Assembly (NCBI RefSeq): GCF_018977255.1
Contig: NW_024704742.1
Coordinates: 79,982,001-80,046,000, forward strand
DNA from: Callorhinchus milii
Lineage: Eukaryota
Direction: 5' to 3'
Length of the DNA: 64,000 bases
The position numbers and the translations under genes were made by a program. Positions 13,978 through 26,267 of this stretch are shown here, in pieces (position 1 is the stretch's first letter; each line of letters starts with the position of its first letter). The notes below the pieces were generated by a model, which was given only the letters and a program-made list of their open reading frames with translations, had not been told where the DNA came from and searched no databases.

Positions 13978-14084
13978 TGTTTTGGGCTACTGGGTGTGAA
14001 CGGTGCTGGGAAAACTACAACATTCAAGATGTTGACGGGTGACTGTGAGGTCACGGGGGGAGAAGCCTTCCTCAACAACCACAG
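13978..14084 (+). CDS. ABCA1: ABCA1 exon (107 bp), NBD2 Walker A
   Basis: tcacag|...|gtagga; [22 protein letters not shown]. Confidence 0.97.
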
Positions 14085-15289
14085 GTAGGAGCGCAAAGGC
14101 TGCTTGGAAGTATCTTAGCAGTTAACACTATTTTTTTCTTACGTTTCTGCAAACAAATAATCTGAATGTATAGAACGTAGCTGTAGAATTAGGTGATTGC
14201 TAACTTAATTTGTCCACAAACCCAGTCACTGCACTTTATATTAAATACTGTGAAACATTTTGCAATTATACTGCTGATGTGAAAGGTGCTATACCAAATG
14301 CAAGGATTTTTCTTATTATTTATCTGGGACATGTAAACTTGTCTGATCCACGTGAGGTGTGTAAAGAATGAACTAAACTATCAGCCAGAAGACTTTACAT
14401 TTATTGCACATTATCACATTTAAGTACATTCTGATTGGTACCAGGAAATCAAGGTTATAATAATAATTATTGCATATGACATAGCGCCTTTTGCATTAAG
14501 ACAACGTCTTAAAAAGCTTTACATGATTTTTACTGTAAAGTGCAGTCACTTTATATTCGCAGCAGTGAATTTGGCCGCAGTAATGAATTTGTGCCACAGC
14601 AATGCGCCACAAACAGCCATGAAGTGAAAGACCAATGGTCATAGCATGTGAAAATCCATCAAAAATCAAAAATTACCGAGATGCCAGGTGATCAGGGGAG
14701 AGAACCTTTTGTATCGCTCAAACCTTTGGCTTATGCAACTTGGATTGGTTACTTCAAACCTGTTTCAATAATAGAAGTACAAATAAATATGACAATAAAA
14801 TAAATCTGTATTCTAACCCACCTCCAATATATAGCCATTTAAAACAAAATGCATTTAGATTTCTGTTTCTGCAGCTCTACAAAATTATATCAATATCCAC
14901 CATCATTGAAGATTAACTATTATATGGTCTCCATCACCCTATGGTACTTCACAATAGTTTTGCTTCCTGTGTGGACACAAAACCATAGAGATTTACAGCA
15001 CGGAAGAAGCTACGTTCGGCCCAACATGTCTGTGCTGGCTCTTTTAAAGAGCAAAGCTTTCAATCTCGTTTAATTGCCTTTTACTCATAGCTCAAGACAA
15101 TGAGCTTTGTCATCTTTTTCAGCTACTGGTACGAGGTGATCTCGCAGCCCTGCCTTTATATGGTGAATGCACACAAGCACTTTGGGGTTATAAAATGTTT
15201 GCTCAGTAAAGTAAACTTTATGGCCTGAATGGTCTTACTGGTGCCGTGCTTACTCATGGTCTTAATACTTTGTTTTTTTTCTGCTGTAG

Positions 15290-15431
15290 CATTTTATCCA
15301 ACATACAAGAAGTTCATCAGGACATGGGTTACTGCCCTCAGTTTGATGCTGTCAATGAATTGCTGACTGGGCGTGAGCACCTGGAGTTCTATGCACTGTT
15401 ACGCGGAGTTCCTGAAAGAGAAGTTTGCAAG
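15290..15431 (+). CDS. ABCA1: ABCA1 exon (142 bp), NBD2 Q-loop
   Basis: ctgtag|...|gtaaaa; [47 protein letters not shown]. Confidence 0.97.
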
Positions 15432-15774
15432 GTAAAACCCACAGGAATCAACATCACAAATTACTTTTGAGTTTTACAGCGACCCACCTGGCACATTCAC
15501 TTTGTGTGTCATGCTAAGCCATCTCTTAGAGAAACCATATCCTTTGAGAGTTTTATTATTTTGAACAAGGGCAATTTAATTCCCCTCTATTTTTCTTCCC
15601 TTCTGAAGGTAGTGACTCACATAGGGAGGCGTACAGTTACACTACCACCAGGCACTGTATGGCACTTGCCCAAAGCCCATTACTTTATGTATAAGTCTAG
15701 AAACTGAGTGTCAGCGTGTTACTTGACCGGGATAATTTATAAGAGCTGAGCCTTGTCCTGTCTCAAACTGCATC

Positions 15775-15980
15775 TTCATACAACAAGCTATATCAACACG
15801 TGTCAAATAATATCAGACTATATCAAACTACATCTACAACAATAAGCTACATCAAACTAGATCTACATACAACAAGGTACATCAGCACATCAAATAATAT
15901 CAAACAGTATCTACATAAAATAATCTACATCAACACACAACAAACTACATTCACACACATCAAACCACATCCACACACTT
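15775..15980. repeat. Degenerate A/C-rich tandem repeat (CTACATCAA-like)
   Basis: Recurring ACATCA/TATCAA/CTACA units in an ABCA1 intron. Confidence 0.6.
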
Positions 15981-16483
15981 GCAATTTCTAATGGGGGCAC
16001 TGGATAGTAAGTAGGAGAGGGGGAACCCAGGCTAGAGAGAGACCTATCTGATTCCATTGTAACAGAGATTGTAACAGAGAGCAAATCTAAATGTTCTCTT
16101 GCTCACATGCACATTTGTTTCTGATGCCAACTAATCTATCAGCAGCACACATTGACGAACCTTGGCCTGTTATAGTTGCACAAATCCCATTTCCTCAGAT
16201 CATATAGGTGGACCCTGAATTAATATGAGTCCGGAGAAAGTCCAGAGACCAACTGGTTAGAAATCAGGAGAGGGGGAACCCAGGCTGGTCTTTGCTGATG
16301 GACCCACAGTACATGTACAGACATTGAACTGGAGGAGGAAGCCATCTTCTCAGTTGAGGTCCAGTTGGGGGTAGATTTGATTTTCTTAGTTGTGGTCAAA
16401 CCGAACAATCAAGTCAGTAAATGATGAAATGGTTTGAATGGTTTTCTGTGAATTTGTCTAACAATATTTTTTTATTCTATCAG

Positions 16484-16618
16484 ATTGCTGAATGGGGAAT
16501 CCGAAAGCTGGGAATTGTCCGATATGCAGATAAGAAGGCTGGCAATTACAGCGGAGGGAACAGACGTAAACTCTCCACTGCTTTGGCACTAATAGGAGGG
16601 CCTCCTGTGATATTTCTG
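16484..16618 (+). CDS. ABCA1: ABCA1 exon (135 bp), ABC signature and start of Walker B
   Basis: tatcag|...|gtcagt; [45 protein letters not shown]. Confidence 0.97.
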
Positions 16619-17269
16619 GTCAGTATCATATACAGTGACTGCTGAACACATATAAGGGTGACATTTAAAACATTATTTGTGTGAAATAGCATAGAAACAC
16701 CAAGGAATGTCAAAAATTGTACCCATTAATTACTACAGACCTGCTATTGATTAAAGTCGCTGTTTAAATGCCTTATTCCGTGCCATTGCAAAGATGGGAT
16801 TATTCATTATGTTGTTGTCAAAGAGCTGTCAACACATTCTGAAAAACAGTTGCCAAGTTAAACAGATTTTGGTTTGTAGCAGATATAGGGCTGAATGGCC
16901 TGTTCCTGTGATGTAAAGTGTATGTAAATCTATGTAATCTTATCTGTTCATGAAACCTCTCATGTGGGGGTGGGCCCGTAAGATTACAAAGAAGGTTTGC
17001 ATGAGAAAAACCCTTCAGCTGCCTCAATTACATCCTTCCTCCTCATTCACTATCCCAAACTTTTAGAATATTACTCCCAAGTGGCCTTTGGGTGAGAGCA
17101 TGCCTGGAATTTGTTCATTGCTCCCCACAGTTGACCGTCTGCAGCACAGTCTACTGACCTTTCGGTTCACATATGAATGGCTCTCACTCAACGCACAAGG
17201 GTAGTGCTCCTTCTGCCTCAAACAATTGCCTTCATTGACTGATGCACATGTATAATTACCTCACTGTTA

Positions 17270-17695
17270 TAACAATAATACATACATTTGGTAAATAGCA
17301 CTTTTCATGTCCGGAGGTCATCACAATGGGCTTTAGAAGATTTTATTGTAAAGTGTAGTGCCTTTGTGTTTGGAGACAAACGTCTCAGCCAAATTTCCGA
17401 CAAACAGACATAAAGCGAGTGACCAGCTTTATTTGGGGGATTGTTGGCCAGAACACTGGGAGAAACACCTTTCACTTTTCGAATGGTGCCAAGGCATCTT
17501 TAATGACCACTTGATCAGAGAAACGGGGTCTCAGTTTAACATCTCATTCGAAATACAGCATCTCCAAAAAGCAGCACACCCGCAACACTGCACTCGTGTC
17601 AGCATAGACTGCGAGTTTAAAATCCTGACATGTGGCTTGAACCAAAATTTTCTGACTCAGAGGCAAGAGTACTACTTACTGAGCCAGACTAACAA
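17270..17695 (-). mobile_element. Older Deu-core SINE family with a different tRNA-like head; related copies at about 11795-12196, 24530-24735, 30390-30790, 51050-51482, 52140-52520, 58650-59125
   Basis: Shared ...CTGACTCAGAGGCAAGAGT...ACTGAGCCA head and CACAAACAGCCATGAAGTGAATGACCA core among copies. Confidence 0.7.
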
Positions 17696-17722
17696 GGCTG
17701 TAACTGTTCAATGTATAAACAG

Positions 17723-17826
17723 GATGAACCGACAACAGGAATGGACCCAAAGGCTCGGAGATTTCTATGGAACTCTATCCTTAGTATCATTAAAGAAGGC
17801 CGATCGGTGGTACTGACATCACACAG
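17723..17826 (+). CDS. ABCA1: ABCA1 exon (104 bp), Walker B end, D-loop, H-loop
   Basis: aaacag|...|gtatgg; [34 protein letters not shown]. Confidence 0.96.
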
Positions 17827-18468
17827 GTATGGGATGAAAGACTTGATTTTAATGTTTGAAATGTTCACTTGGTGTCCAACATGCCTCTGTTGTAAATAAC
17901 TGTTAACGCACAGAGTACATGGGTACATTATGTAATGAGTAATTTTTATTGTTGTGTATAAAAGGAATTCTTACATGAATGAGAAAAACATGGAATTTGG
18001 CTGCTTTGCTGTCCACGGTTGCTAGACATACATGAGCAAAACTGGTGGATGTTCTGCGGAGATTGTTTTACCTAAAGCTTCTGTATGACTGTTGGTTTTA
18101 AGATACAGAAGTTTACACACCTGACGGATAGCTGTCATCTCACAAGAGCTTGGGGAGGATTAATGCTCCATGTTGAATCACATAAAAAGGAAATTTCAAC
18201 TCTATTTCTACCGATTACAGTAGCATATGGTTACAAAAGTTATTTTGATTTTCATATTCATGTTCCCTCGTCGGTGTATAGTTTATTTTTAAAAGGGCTG
18301 CAAAGGTGGCATTTGAATCCATTGATAGTGGAATTTAAGTCTCAAAGACTTAAACAAGATAAACATGGTGCAAATTGGTCTAGTGACACACAGAATCCTG
18401 CATGATTGCTTACTACAAAATACTGAGTAAGTAAGGCTTATGACTTTTCGATGTTTGTTTCCATATAG

Positions 18469-18561
18469 CATGGAGGAATGTGAGGCTCTGTGCACTCGGA
18501 TGGCAATAATGGTGAATGGCAGGTTCCGATGCCTGGGCAGCGCTCAGCATCTGAAGAACAG
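18469..18561 (+). CDS. ABCA1: ABCA1 exon (93 bp)
   Basis: atatag|...|gttggt; [30 protein letters not shown]. Confidence 0.96.
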
Positions 18562-19130
18562 GTTGGTCATGCGAGCACGACAGCAATCCAGAATCTATTA
18601 ATCAGTGACAATGACAACTTTCCCGAACCATTTGTCAATACATTTGTCAACAGAAATGTTAACAGAATATTTCAAATCTGGAAAAATAAATCATGGTTCA
18701 GTGCGATGATGAATATTAAGAGAATTGGGATTGAATATGCAATGATTTCTAACATGACAGGAAAATGAAAAGTTAATGGCGCTCAATGTTTCATCTTCGA
18801 GGAGAATGACCACTGTTGACTTTTTTCAACAGCATTTCCGGTCAATGGGATAATGTCACATGTTTCATTTTCCTGCCCCCTCCTCTCAATTCCAAAATGA
18901 AGGTGGGATTCATCATTGTGTTTGTAGATCTGCATATTTCACACACAATCAAAGCTGATGATGCATTCACCTGCAAAACACACAGCCACTACATTTTACA
19001 GTGAAGCACTTTGAGATGATCCCCCAATATGAAAGGCTTTGCATCAAATGTAAGGAATATTGTATTATTATTCATTATTATAATTAACCCAGACAATTTC
19101 TGACTTTTACAATGCTTCTTCCCTCGGCAG

Positions 19131-19374
19131 GTTTGGAGATGGATATACGATAATTGTGCGGGTGGGTGGTCCAAGTCCAGACCTGAATCCCATGCTGGAA
19201 TTCTTCAAACGCAAGTTTCCTGGCAGCGTACTGAAGGAGAGACATCGTAGTATGCTCCAGTACCAGCTGCCTTCCTATCAATCCTCATTGTCGAGGATCT
19301 TCAACATTCTCTCCAGTCACAGGGAGAAGTTTCAAATCGAGGACTACTCTGTTTCACAAACCACACTCGACCAA
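19131..19374 (+). CDS. ABCA1: ABCA1 exon (244 bp), regulatory domain 2
   Basis: cggcag|...|gtacgg; [13 protein letters not shown]...[14 protein letters not shown]. Confidence 0.96.
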
Positions 19375-20142
19375 GTACGGCTTCACTTTTTGGTGGTTTA
19401 TTGAATCTATGCTAAGCCTTGACTGTTGTTGAAAACTGGTTATCGAACTCCATCCCCACAGTCCCTTTGCCTCACTCCCTCCCTTGCCTCCCTCAAGATT
19501 CTCCTCTTCGACAGTGCCTTTGGTCACCCTCTTACCCCTACCGTCCACCCCTGCTAATCCCTACCCCAGCTTGTGTCCAAATCTCTTAACTGTCCAGCAC
19601 CTTGGGACATCCTCCTGACATCCCAGGATGCAATACAGATGTAATTTGTTGTTTTATGTCCAATGCAATTGTTTGTTTCTTTGATTTCCCTTATCCCTTG
19701 CACATTCATAGAAATAAGAGTAAGTCATTCAGCCCCTCAAGTCTTTTCCGCCATTGTATAAGATGATGGCTTATCTGTACCTCAAGTCCAACTTCCTGCC
19801 CTTGACGTGGCCTTTAATACCCTGACCTAACAAATAACTATCCACCTCAGTCTTGAAGATGTAAATGGATCCAGCTTCCCAATTCCCAGTTCATCAAAAT
19901 GGGTGAGCTTCTGGCAAGCCTGTCCAGACCAATGTATGATGGGCTATCCACGCAGTCGACTTCCCGCCTCAATTTTTCCAATGCCCTCTTTGCTAGTTTC
20001 CCTAGCTCCTCTATTCATAAAATTTAATTAATGCAAAACTCCGGCACCCGTAACCTCACACATGTTAAACTCTGCACCCCATCACCCCAGTCCTTGTCAG
20101 GCTCCACTGGTTTCCTGTAGAGTCCTGTGGAGTCCAGGACTG

Positions 20143-20453
20143 AAGTCCTGTAGCTCAGTGGTTAGAGCACTCGCTTTGCAAGCGAGAAACCTGGTTTCGA
20201 TTCCCGGCAGGATGAAACCTTGGGCAAGTTTCCTTACTCCACATGCCTGACAATAATCCCTCAAGAAAAAAAACAATAAATTGGCCATTTTCAATCCACG
20301 ACAGTTTGTGGGACACTGCTATGCGCAATTGGCTGCTGCATTTCGCCTGCAAATATACACAATTAATTCACTTTACATTATATTGTGTGAAGCGCTTTAA
20401 GACGTCTAGAAGATGTGAAAAGCGCTATATCAAATGCAAGGATTATTATTATT
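20143..20453 (+). mobile_element. Same SINE, inserted into an L2 fragment
   Basis: Same head, core and tail; L2 sequence resumes on both sides; TTCCTGT repeated at both flanks. Confidence 0.85.
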
Positions 20454-21320
20454 CCTGTTGCGCAATGGATCAATTTCAAGATCCTCACATTGATGTACAA
20501 ATCACTTTATGCCCTGGCACCTCCATATCTCTCTGACCTGCTTACACCCCATTCCTCTACCCATCTCCTTTGCTCAGCTGGCTTAGATCACACATGAAGC
20601 CCTTCCTTTTTGACCATACCTAAGGTCACTTTCCTTCTCTCCCTGGCTCGGCGACAGAATGCTGCCACTGTTAAACTCTCCGAAACGCTACCCCACATGG
20701 AGATCGCTATATAAATGCAAGTTGTTGTTGCTGTACCTGTGCAACAATAAATGTGTTCTGGGTTGTCCCTCTTTCCCTATCTCCCAATTCTTGAGTTGGC
20801 AAAACATTTGTCACCAAGTAATGGACCTATGTAATTGCATTGCATAAGATGCATTTCACTGTAAGGTTGAAGAGTCACAGTTTAGGAAGAATTCTCTTTA
20901 TTATATCTGCCTTTCTCTTGCATTGATATTAAGATGCTAACACTAGTCAATGACAGATCTGTTATAAATTAGCACCTTCAGGTAATTAGGACCAGGGAAT
21001 CACGTTCAATCTCACCTAAAAAAAACTACCTCTTCAATTTGGCAAAAGTTCAGCTACTCTTCATCTTCATTCCTTGCTCAACATCTAAAACTATCCCTTT
21101 GAACCATTCTGAGATGTTATCTTGTGTGAAGGGCTCGGTATAAATGCAAGTTGTCACATAGTTGGTGAATCCAGGCAATGGTGGTATATTGGTCTGTCCA
21201 GTACTCAATTATGAGAAGCTGCACAACCTACAATAACCTGGCAATAAAGTTGGGCGTTTAAAAATACTAAATAATAGTGCTCTTTTCTCTAAGGTTAATT
21301 ATTTACTCATTCGTTTGCAG

Positions 21321-21461
21321 GTATTTGTAAACTTTGCCAAGGACCAAAGTGATGATGATCTCTCAAAGGACGTTTCTATGCACAGGAATGAAACTGTGTT
21401 AAATGTTGCACTCCTCAATACCTTTTTGCAAGATGACAATGTGAAAGAGAGCTGTGTGTGA
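21321..21461 (+). CDS. ABCA1: ABCA1 terminal coding exon including TGA stop
   Basis: ttgcag|; [46 protein letters not shown]; the ABCA1-type C-terminus (human ...KESYV) and the NIPSNAP3 neighbour favour ABCA1 over ABCA4 or ABCA7. Confidence 0.95.
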   Translation, partial: VFVNFAKDQSDDDLSKDVSMHRNETVLNVALLNTFLQDDNVKESCV

Positions 21462-21574
21462 ATTGAGCAGTCGGGACTGGAAACAAGCTCATCTTCTCAC
21501 ACAGTGTGAACCTTTCAAGGAGAAGGAGGACATTAAAGAAACAAGAAAGAACTGGTCACTCTGCTGATGCCATT

Positions 21575-21592
21575 CAATGCAATTCAATGCAC
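21575..21592 (+). promoter_or_regulatory. Two tandem miR-33 seed-match sites in the ABCA1 3' UTR
   Basis: CAATGCAA (21575-21582) and CAATGCAC (21585-21592), complementary to the miR-33 seed UGCAUUG. Confidence 0.8.
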
Positions 21593-22400
21593 AATTCCAC
21601 TATTGTAACAAGGCAATGCCTCAGTTAGTTGTTGCTCATTAGTACTGATACTAAGCATAAAACTTGAATATAGATAGTGTTACAGTATGACTTTGTGAAA
21701 CTAGTGTTGTATTTCTATGTACTTTTCGGTTACTGATTTTAAAAAAAAGCATCTTTTTCCTTTTCATGGCTCTGACAATCCGTTGGTTATTGATTAGTTA
21801 TGGACAGTAATTGAGTATTAATGGATCAATAACACCTACAGTATACACACAAATATTTGTTTCAGTATAAAAACTGAAATATTTACCAAAGTCCTGGCTT
21901 AATCCTTCCAATAATTTCCCCAACCTCCACAAACCAGATTTTCTAACAAAATATTTTGTTGTGATTCTTAACAAGTATTTATTTACACATGACAAGTATA
22001 CCTAGGTAAAACATAAGTGTTTACAAAATTATCCCTCCCTTGCCTTATTAGTGAATTTGTATATTTCTATAATGACTAGAGTTTTCTTATTGGTCAATCA
22101 TCTGCATTTTATTTTTCAATTTTTTTTGTAAAATCTCTCCCATGGTTTCATTCCAAGCACTTTATGCAGATTGCTCTGGCATTTTATTGTTTAGATTTTG
22201 TTTGCACTGTAATATCAGCAAGCCTTATATAAAAGCAAACAAAAACATACAAAGCTTGGTTATGACAGAGGTTTGACGTTGTAACTTTAAAGCCATTTTT
22301 CATAAAAAAGTATTGCAATACCAAAACATTTTTTATCTGAGAACGTATTGTGTGGCTTTATTTGTATGTTCTTTTAAGTTTGTCATGATTTAAGTTACAA

Positions 22401-22406
22401 AATAAA
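22401..22406 (+). terminator. Candidate ABCA1 polyadenylation signal
   Basis: AATAAA at the end of a roughly 940-nt, U-rich, repeat-free 3' UTR. Confidence 0.55.
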
Positions 22407-22544
22407 ATTGTGATAACATTGAGAATGTCAGTCATCAGGTACTAGTGGATTTGGAAATGCTTTCAATGTATCGTTCTGTGTTTTCACTGTGAAAGTTGTG
22501 AAATATCCTGGGTACAATATCACCACAACGTGCTGTAAATTGAA

Positions 22545-23262
22545 ACAACATCTTGGATTTAAATAGCGCCCTTCCCGCCCGACGGCATCTCAGAGCGCTT
22601 CACAGTAATGGATCCTGGGGCCGAGCCAGGGGGATGGGGAGGAAGGTGACCAAAGGCGCGGTTGAAAAGAAAAGTCTTCAGCCGAGACCTGAAAATAGGA
22701 AAAGGGGAGGAGGTGAAGGGAGTGAAGAAGGGAGTACCAGAGTCTCGGGACATAGTGGCTGGAGCAGAGGACTCAGGGGACAAGAAGGAGGCCAGACCCG
22801 GTGGAGAAGGCAACGGGCACTGTTGTGAGGAGAGAGGTCAGAGAGATAGGGGGGTGCAGAGGAGTGGAGGGATTTGAAGACAAGAGTGAGGATCTTAAAG
22901 TCGATCCTCTCTGGGACAGAAAGCCAGTGCAGTCTGGCAAGGACTGGGGTAATCGGGGAGCGGAGTTTGGTGCGGGTAAGAATGCGGGCGGCAGAGTTTT
23001 GTATGACCTGAATTTTATGAATGGTAGTGGAGGGGAGACCGGCGATGAGGGCATTTGATTAGTCCAACTGAGAGGTGACAAAGACATGGACCAGGGTTTC
23101 AGTGGCTTTTGGAGTGAGGTATTGGCGGAGACAGGCAATGTGTCGGAGGTGGAAGAAAACGGTGCTGGTGAGGGACCGGATGTGGGGGAGGAAGGATAAT
23201 TGGGGGTCTAGGTTACGTACGGGTTCGGAGAGTTTTAGAGGGAGGTTGGGTAGGTGGAGGAG
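22545..23262 (-). mobile_element. L2-clade LINE 3' fragment between ABCA1 and NIPSNAP3
   Basis: FFHLRHIACLRQYLTPKATETLVHVFVTSQLD and LKTFLFNRAF motifs. Confidence 0.85.
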
Positions 23263-24770
23263 GTGAGAACCATGTGATTTAAATAGCTTATGAATCCTGG
23301 TCGTAGACACGATCTAACGGACGAATGGGTAACCTTGTTGGGAGAAGGCATTCGGATAGTTGGTGGTGTATCTCAAAATAATCGTCAAAGAATTAGGGTG
23401 AACTAATTCTTCTGAATACAGACTCCTCACTAATGTACTTCCACTTTAATCCGAAGTCAAGTGGCATTGCAGCAGCGAAATCTCTTAACGTGGGGTTCTA
23501 GCCACTGTTTCCCACAGTGATTTCCAGTGTGGAGAGTTACAGAATACAAGTCAGGTGCTTTCCACAGGAAAGGGAATAAAAATCATTCTGACCAACAAAG
23601 CCCAGCAATAGGTAAACAGTCCCCATTCATCTTTTTTGGAAAAAAAACAATAAAAGTGGTGGAAAACATTTTCAGGGGACAAATCAGGGGTAATGTATGA
23701 CTCTAGGCCCCAAATCTATTTTCTCATCCCATATTCAATTTAAGTGCAGTCAAAGCAGAAATAAACACAAGGTTTGTACATCGGATGTTGACTGAACAGC
23801 CCGCACAGCAAAGGAGGTCATGTGCTTGTGTGTTGCAAACTTCTACTGTAAGGTTGTTTGATGCTTTTGAGGTCAATGCAAAATGAAGATAAACATCAAC
23901 TTCATTCTGATCATTCGCTAATATTTTACCAATTCTGGAGGTCAGTTGCCTTAACCAGCATTTCTTTTGCAGAAGCCGGATGCCCCTCCTTCCAAATGTA
24001 AATCCAACATTTTCTCGGACTCCCAATACTGATTTTTTTTCCCAGAAGTGGGAAACTAAACGCACAGTTCAGATTTAATTTGACTATAAAACACTCAGTC
24101 TCTACACTTTGCAGTATTTACTGTGAAGGGCTTTGGGATGCCGCCTTGGTGTGAAAGGCTCTATACCAAAGGCAAGGGGTTGTTTTGGGATAGACACAGG
24201 CACACACACAGTTGCTCTAATTTCTAGTAATCAGACTGCCACATTTGATCAGCTAATTCTGACTTCCATTTTTCAATACTGAAAGCTGTGTAACACATTC
24301 GTAAAGTCGCTAATCTCAAATTCTGAAAGCTTGTGAAGTGCAGAAAAAGGCTGGAAAGAAAACCACCATTGAGCTTGAATACCACCTAGTCAGACCTTTC
24401 CAAAATGTCTTCACACACTTTACTCAAATCTGTGATATTTTGATGTCAGTGAGGATACCAGTGGTAACTTCCAATGGTTGAATATTGTACCATCCAGGTT
24501 TACACTTGAAGACTGCCCAACAACAACAACAACAAATTACATTTGTATAGTTACTGCTTTTCACGTCGGGAGGACATCCCAAGGTGCTCATCTGATGGAT
24601 AGCACCTTCAACAATGCAGCACACCCCCGACCCAGAACTCCATTGGAGTGTCAGACTAGACTATATAAGTTCAAACTCATGATGCTTCAACCTTCTGCCA
24701 AAGTGACAGAACTACCAACTGAGCCAGTCTGTCACATAAATTAACAGAAAATAAAATCATTTGCAAATAT

Positions 24771-24835
24771 TTTATTATGGAAACTTTGACAGGTCAAATC
24801 GCAGTAGACAAAACGTAAAATGTGGCCCCTTTATT
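24771..24835 (-). terminator. Candidate NIPSNAP3 polyadenylation signals
   Basis: AATAAA on the - strand at 24830-24835 and 24771-24776, about 170-230 nt past the stop. Confidence 0.5.
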
Positions 24836-25005
24836 ACAATGAGTTCCTGTTATTAGAGTCATATCAAGTATAGCACAAGTAGTCACTGGCAATATTGTAA
24901 CACGTGTATTTAGAATAGATGATCATAGTCCAAAGTCCCAGAAAACACTGCGTTATAAACACTAAGGAAGTCAGCTTGGCAGTCATTAACCTTCAGAGAT
25001 GTGTA

Positions 25006-25082
25006 TCATTTCAAAGGTGAATAAGGTGTAGGAATTAGTAGTTTGTTACTGTGGTTCACCAGGTAGACAGCACTGTCCCTCA
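25006..25082 (-). CDS. NIPSNAP3A: NIPSNAP3 exon 6 (terminal, with TGA)
   Basis: ttacag|; (V)RDSAVYLVNHSNKLLIPTPYSPLK*, the typical NIPSNAP ...SPLK end. Confidence 0.92.
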
Positions 25083-25154
25083 CTGTAAACATAAAACAAG
25101 TATATTTTAACTTTCAATATCCGGAACATAACATCAAAACAATATGGCAATAAG

Positions 25155-25519
25155 AATAATAATCCTTGCATCTGATATGGAGCTTTTCACGTCTTCTAGA
25201 CGTCTCAAAGCCCTTCACAGAATAGACTGTAAAGTGAATTGACTGGATATTTGTGGGCGAAATGTGGCAGCCAATTACACAGCAGTGTCCCACAAACAGT
25301 CGTGGATTGAGTGACCAAATTATTATTTTTTTTTAAGGATTATTATCTCCGTAGAAGTGATCCGCCAATTCACTAACAACCGGGTTCCTACTTACTGCTG
25401 GGTAAACAGAGGCATGTGGAGTAAGGAAACTTGCCCAACATTTTGCCCTGCCAAGAATCAAACCCAGGTCTCTCATTTGCGAGGCAAGTACTCGAACCAC
25501 TGAGCTGTAGGACTCCACG
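25155..25519 (-). mobile_element. Same SINE, long subfamily with extra internal segment
   Basis: tRNA head, then GCCTCTGTTTACCCAGCAGTAAGTAGGAACCCG segment, Deu-like core and tail. Confidence 0.85.
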
Positions 25520-26267
25520 ATAATTGTGCTTTTAATACAATGGCTTATCATGTCATTGAAACATCTCAAAATTCTTCACATGATTTACTGTTGTCTAGCA
25601 ACTTCGTAGGTGAATGCCAATTTGAACACAGCATTACGCCACAAATAGCCAATTTTATCTGGGCTAAGTGTTAGCTCAGGCATCAGGGCAAACTCCGTCC
25701 TCTTGAGTTCAGCTGATATCCCTTCTACCTGTTCAGTTGGATATTTAAGATCCCATGGTGCTATTTGAAAAGAGAAACGAGTTTCTCCCTATGTCATAGC
25801 CAACAATCCCCCAAAATAAATTTGGTCATTCAGTTTATGGCTGTTTGTGGGACATTGCTGTGCAAAGTGGCTGCTGTACTCCCTTACAAATAAACACGCT
25901 ACGCTATACAAATTTAGTGAAATGCTTTGTGACATTTTAATAGTGTGGTAAAATGCTGCATTAAATGCAACAATTAGTATTAAATATTTAAAATTACACA
26001 CTTGCAACTTCTTTGAGTACCTCATAAATGGAGGAAAAGGTTATTCTGCAAGTTATTTTGTTCTACCATATTTATCCATTTTTTCTCATATTACTTGCAT
26101 GTTCTAATTTATGAAATGTTATAAGGGGTTACAAATGGCTACATCTCTGCACATGCAAACTGGACTGAGTTGAGAGTCTTCATAGTTATGAACAGATGAA
26201 CAAAGCTTTATTCCTTTGATGCCCTTTTCTACATTATTAGAAAAATTATATTAAAAAGCAAGCTTAC

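Noticed and set aside
23724..24065. 113-aa ORF with a VRENVGF stretch resembling a NIPSNAP last exon
   Set aside because: No acceptor and no SPLK end; the true terminal exon is 25006-25082
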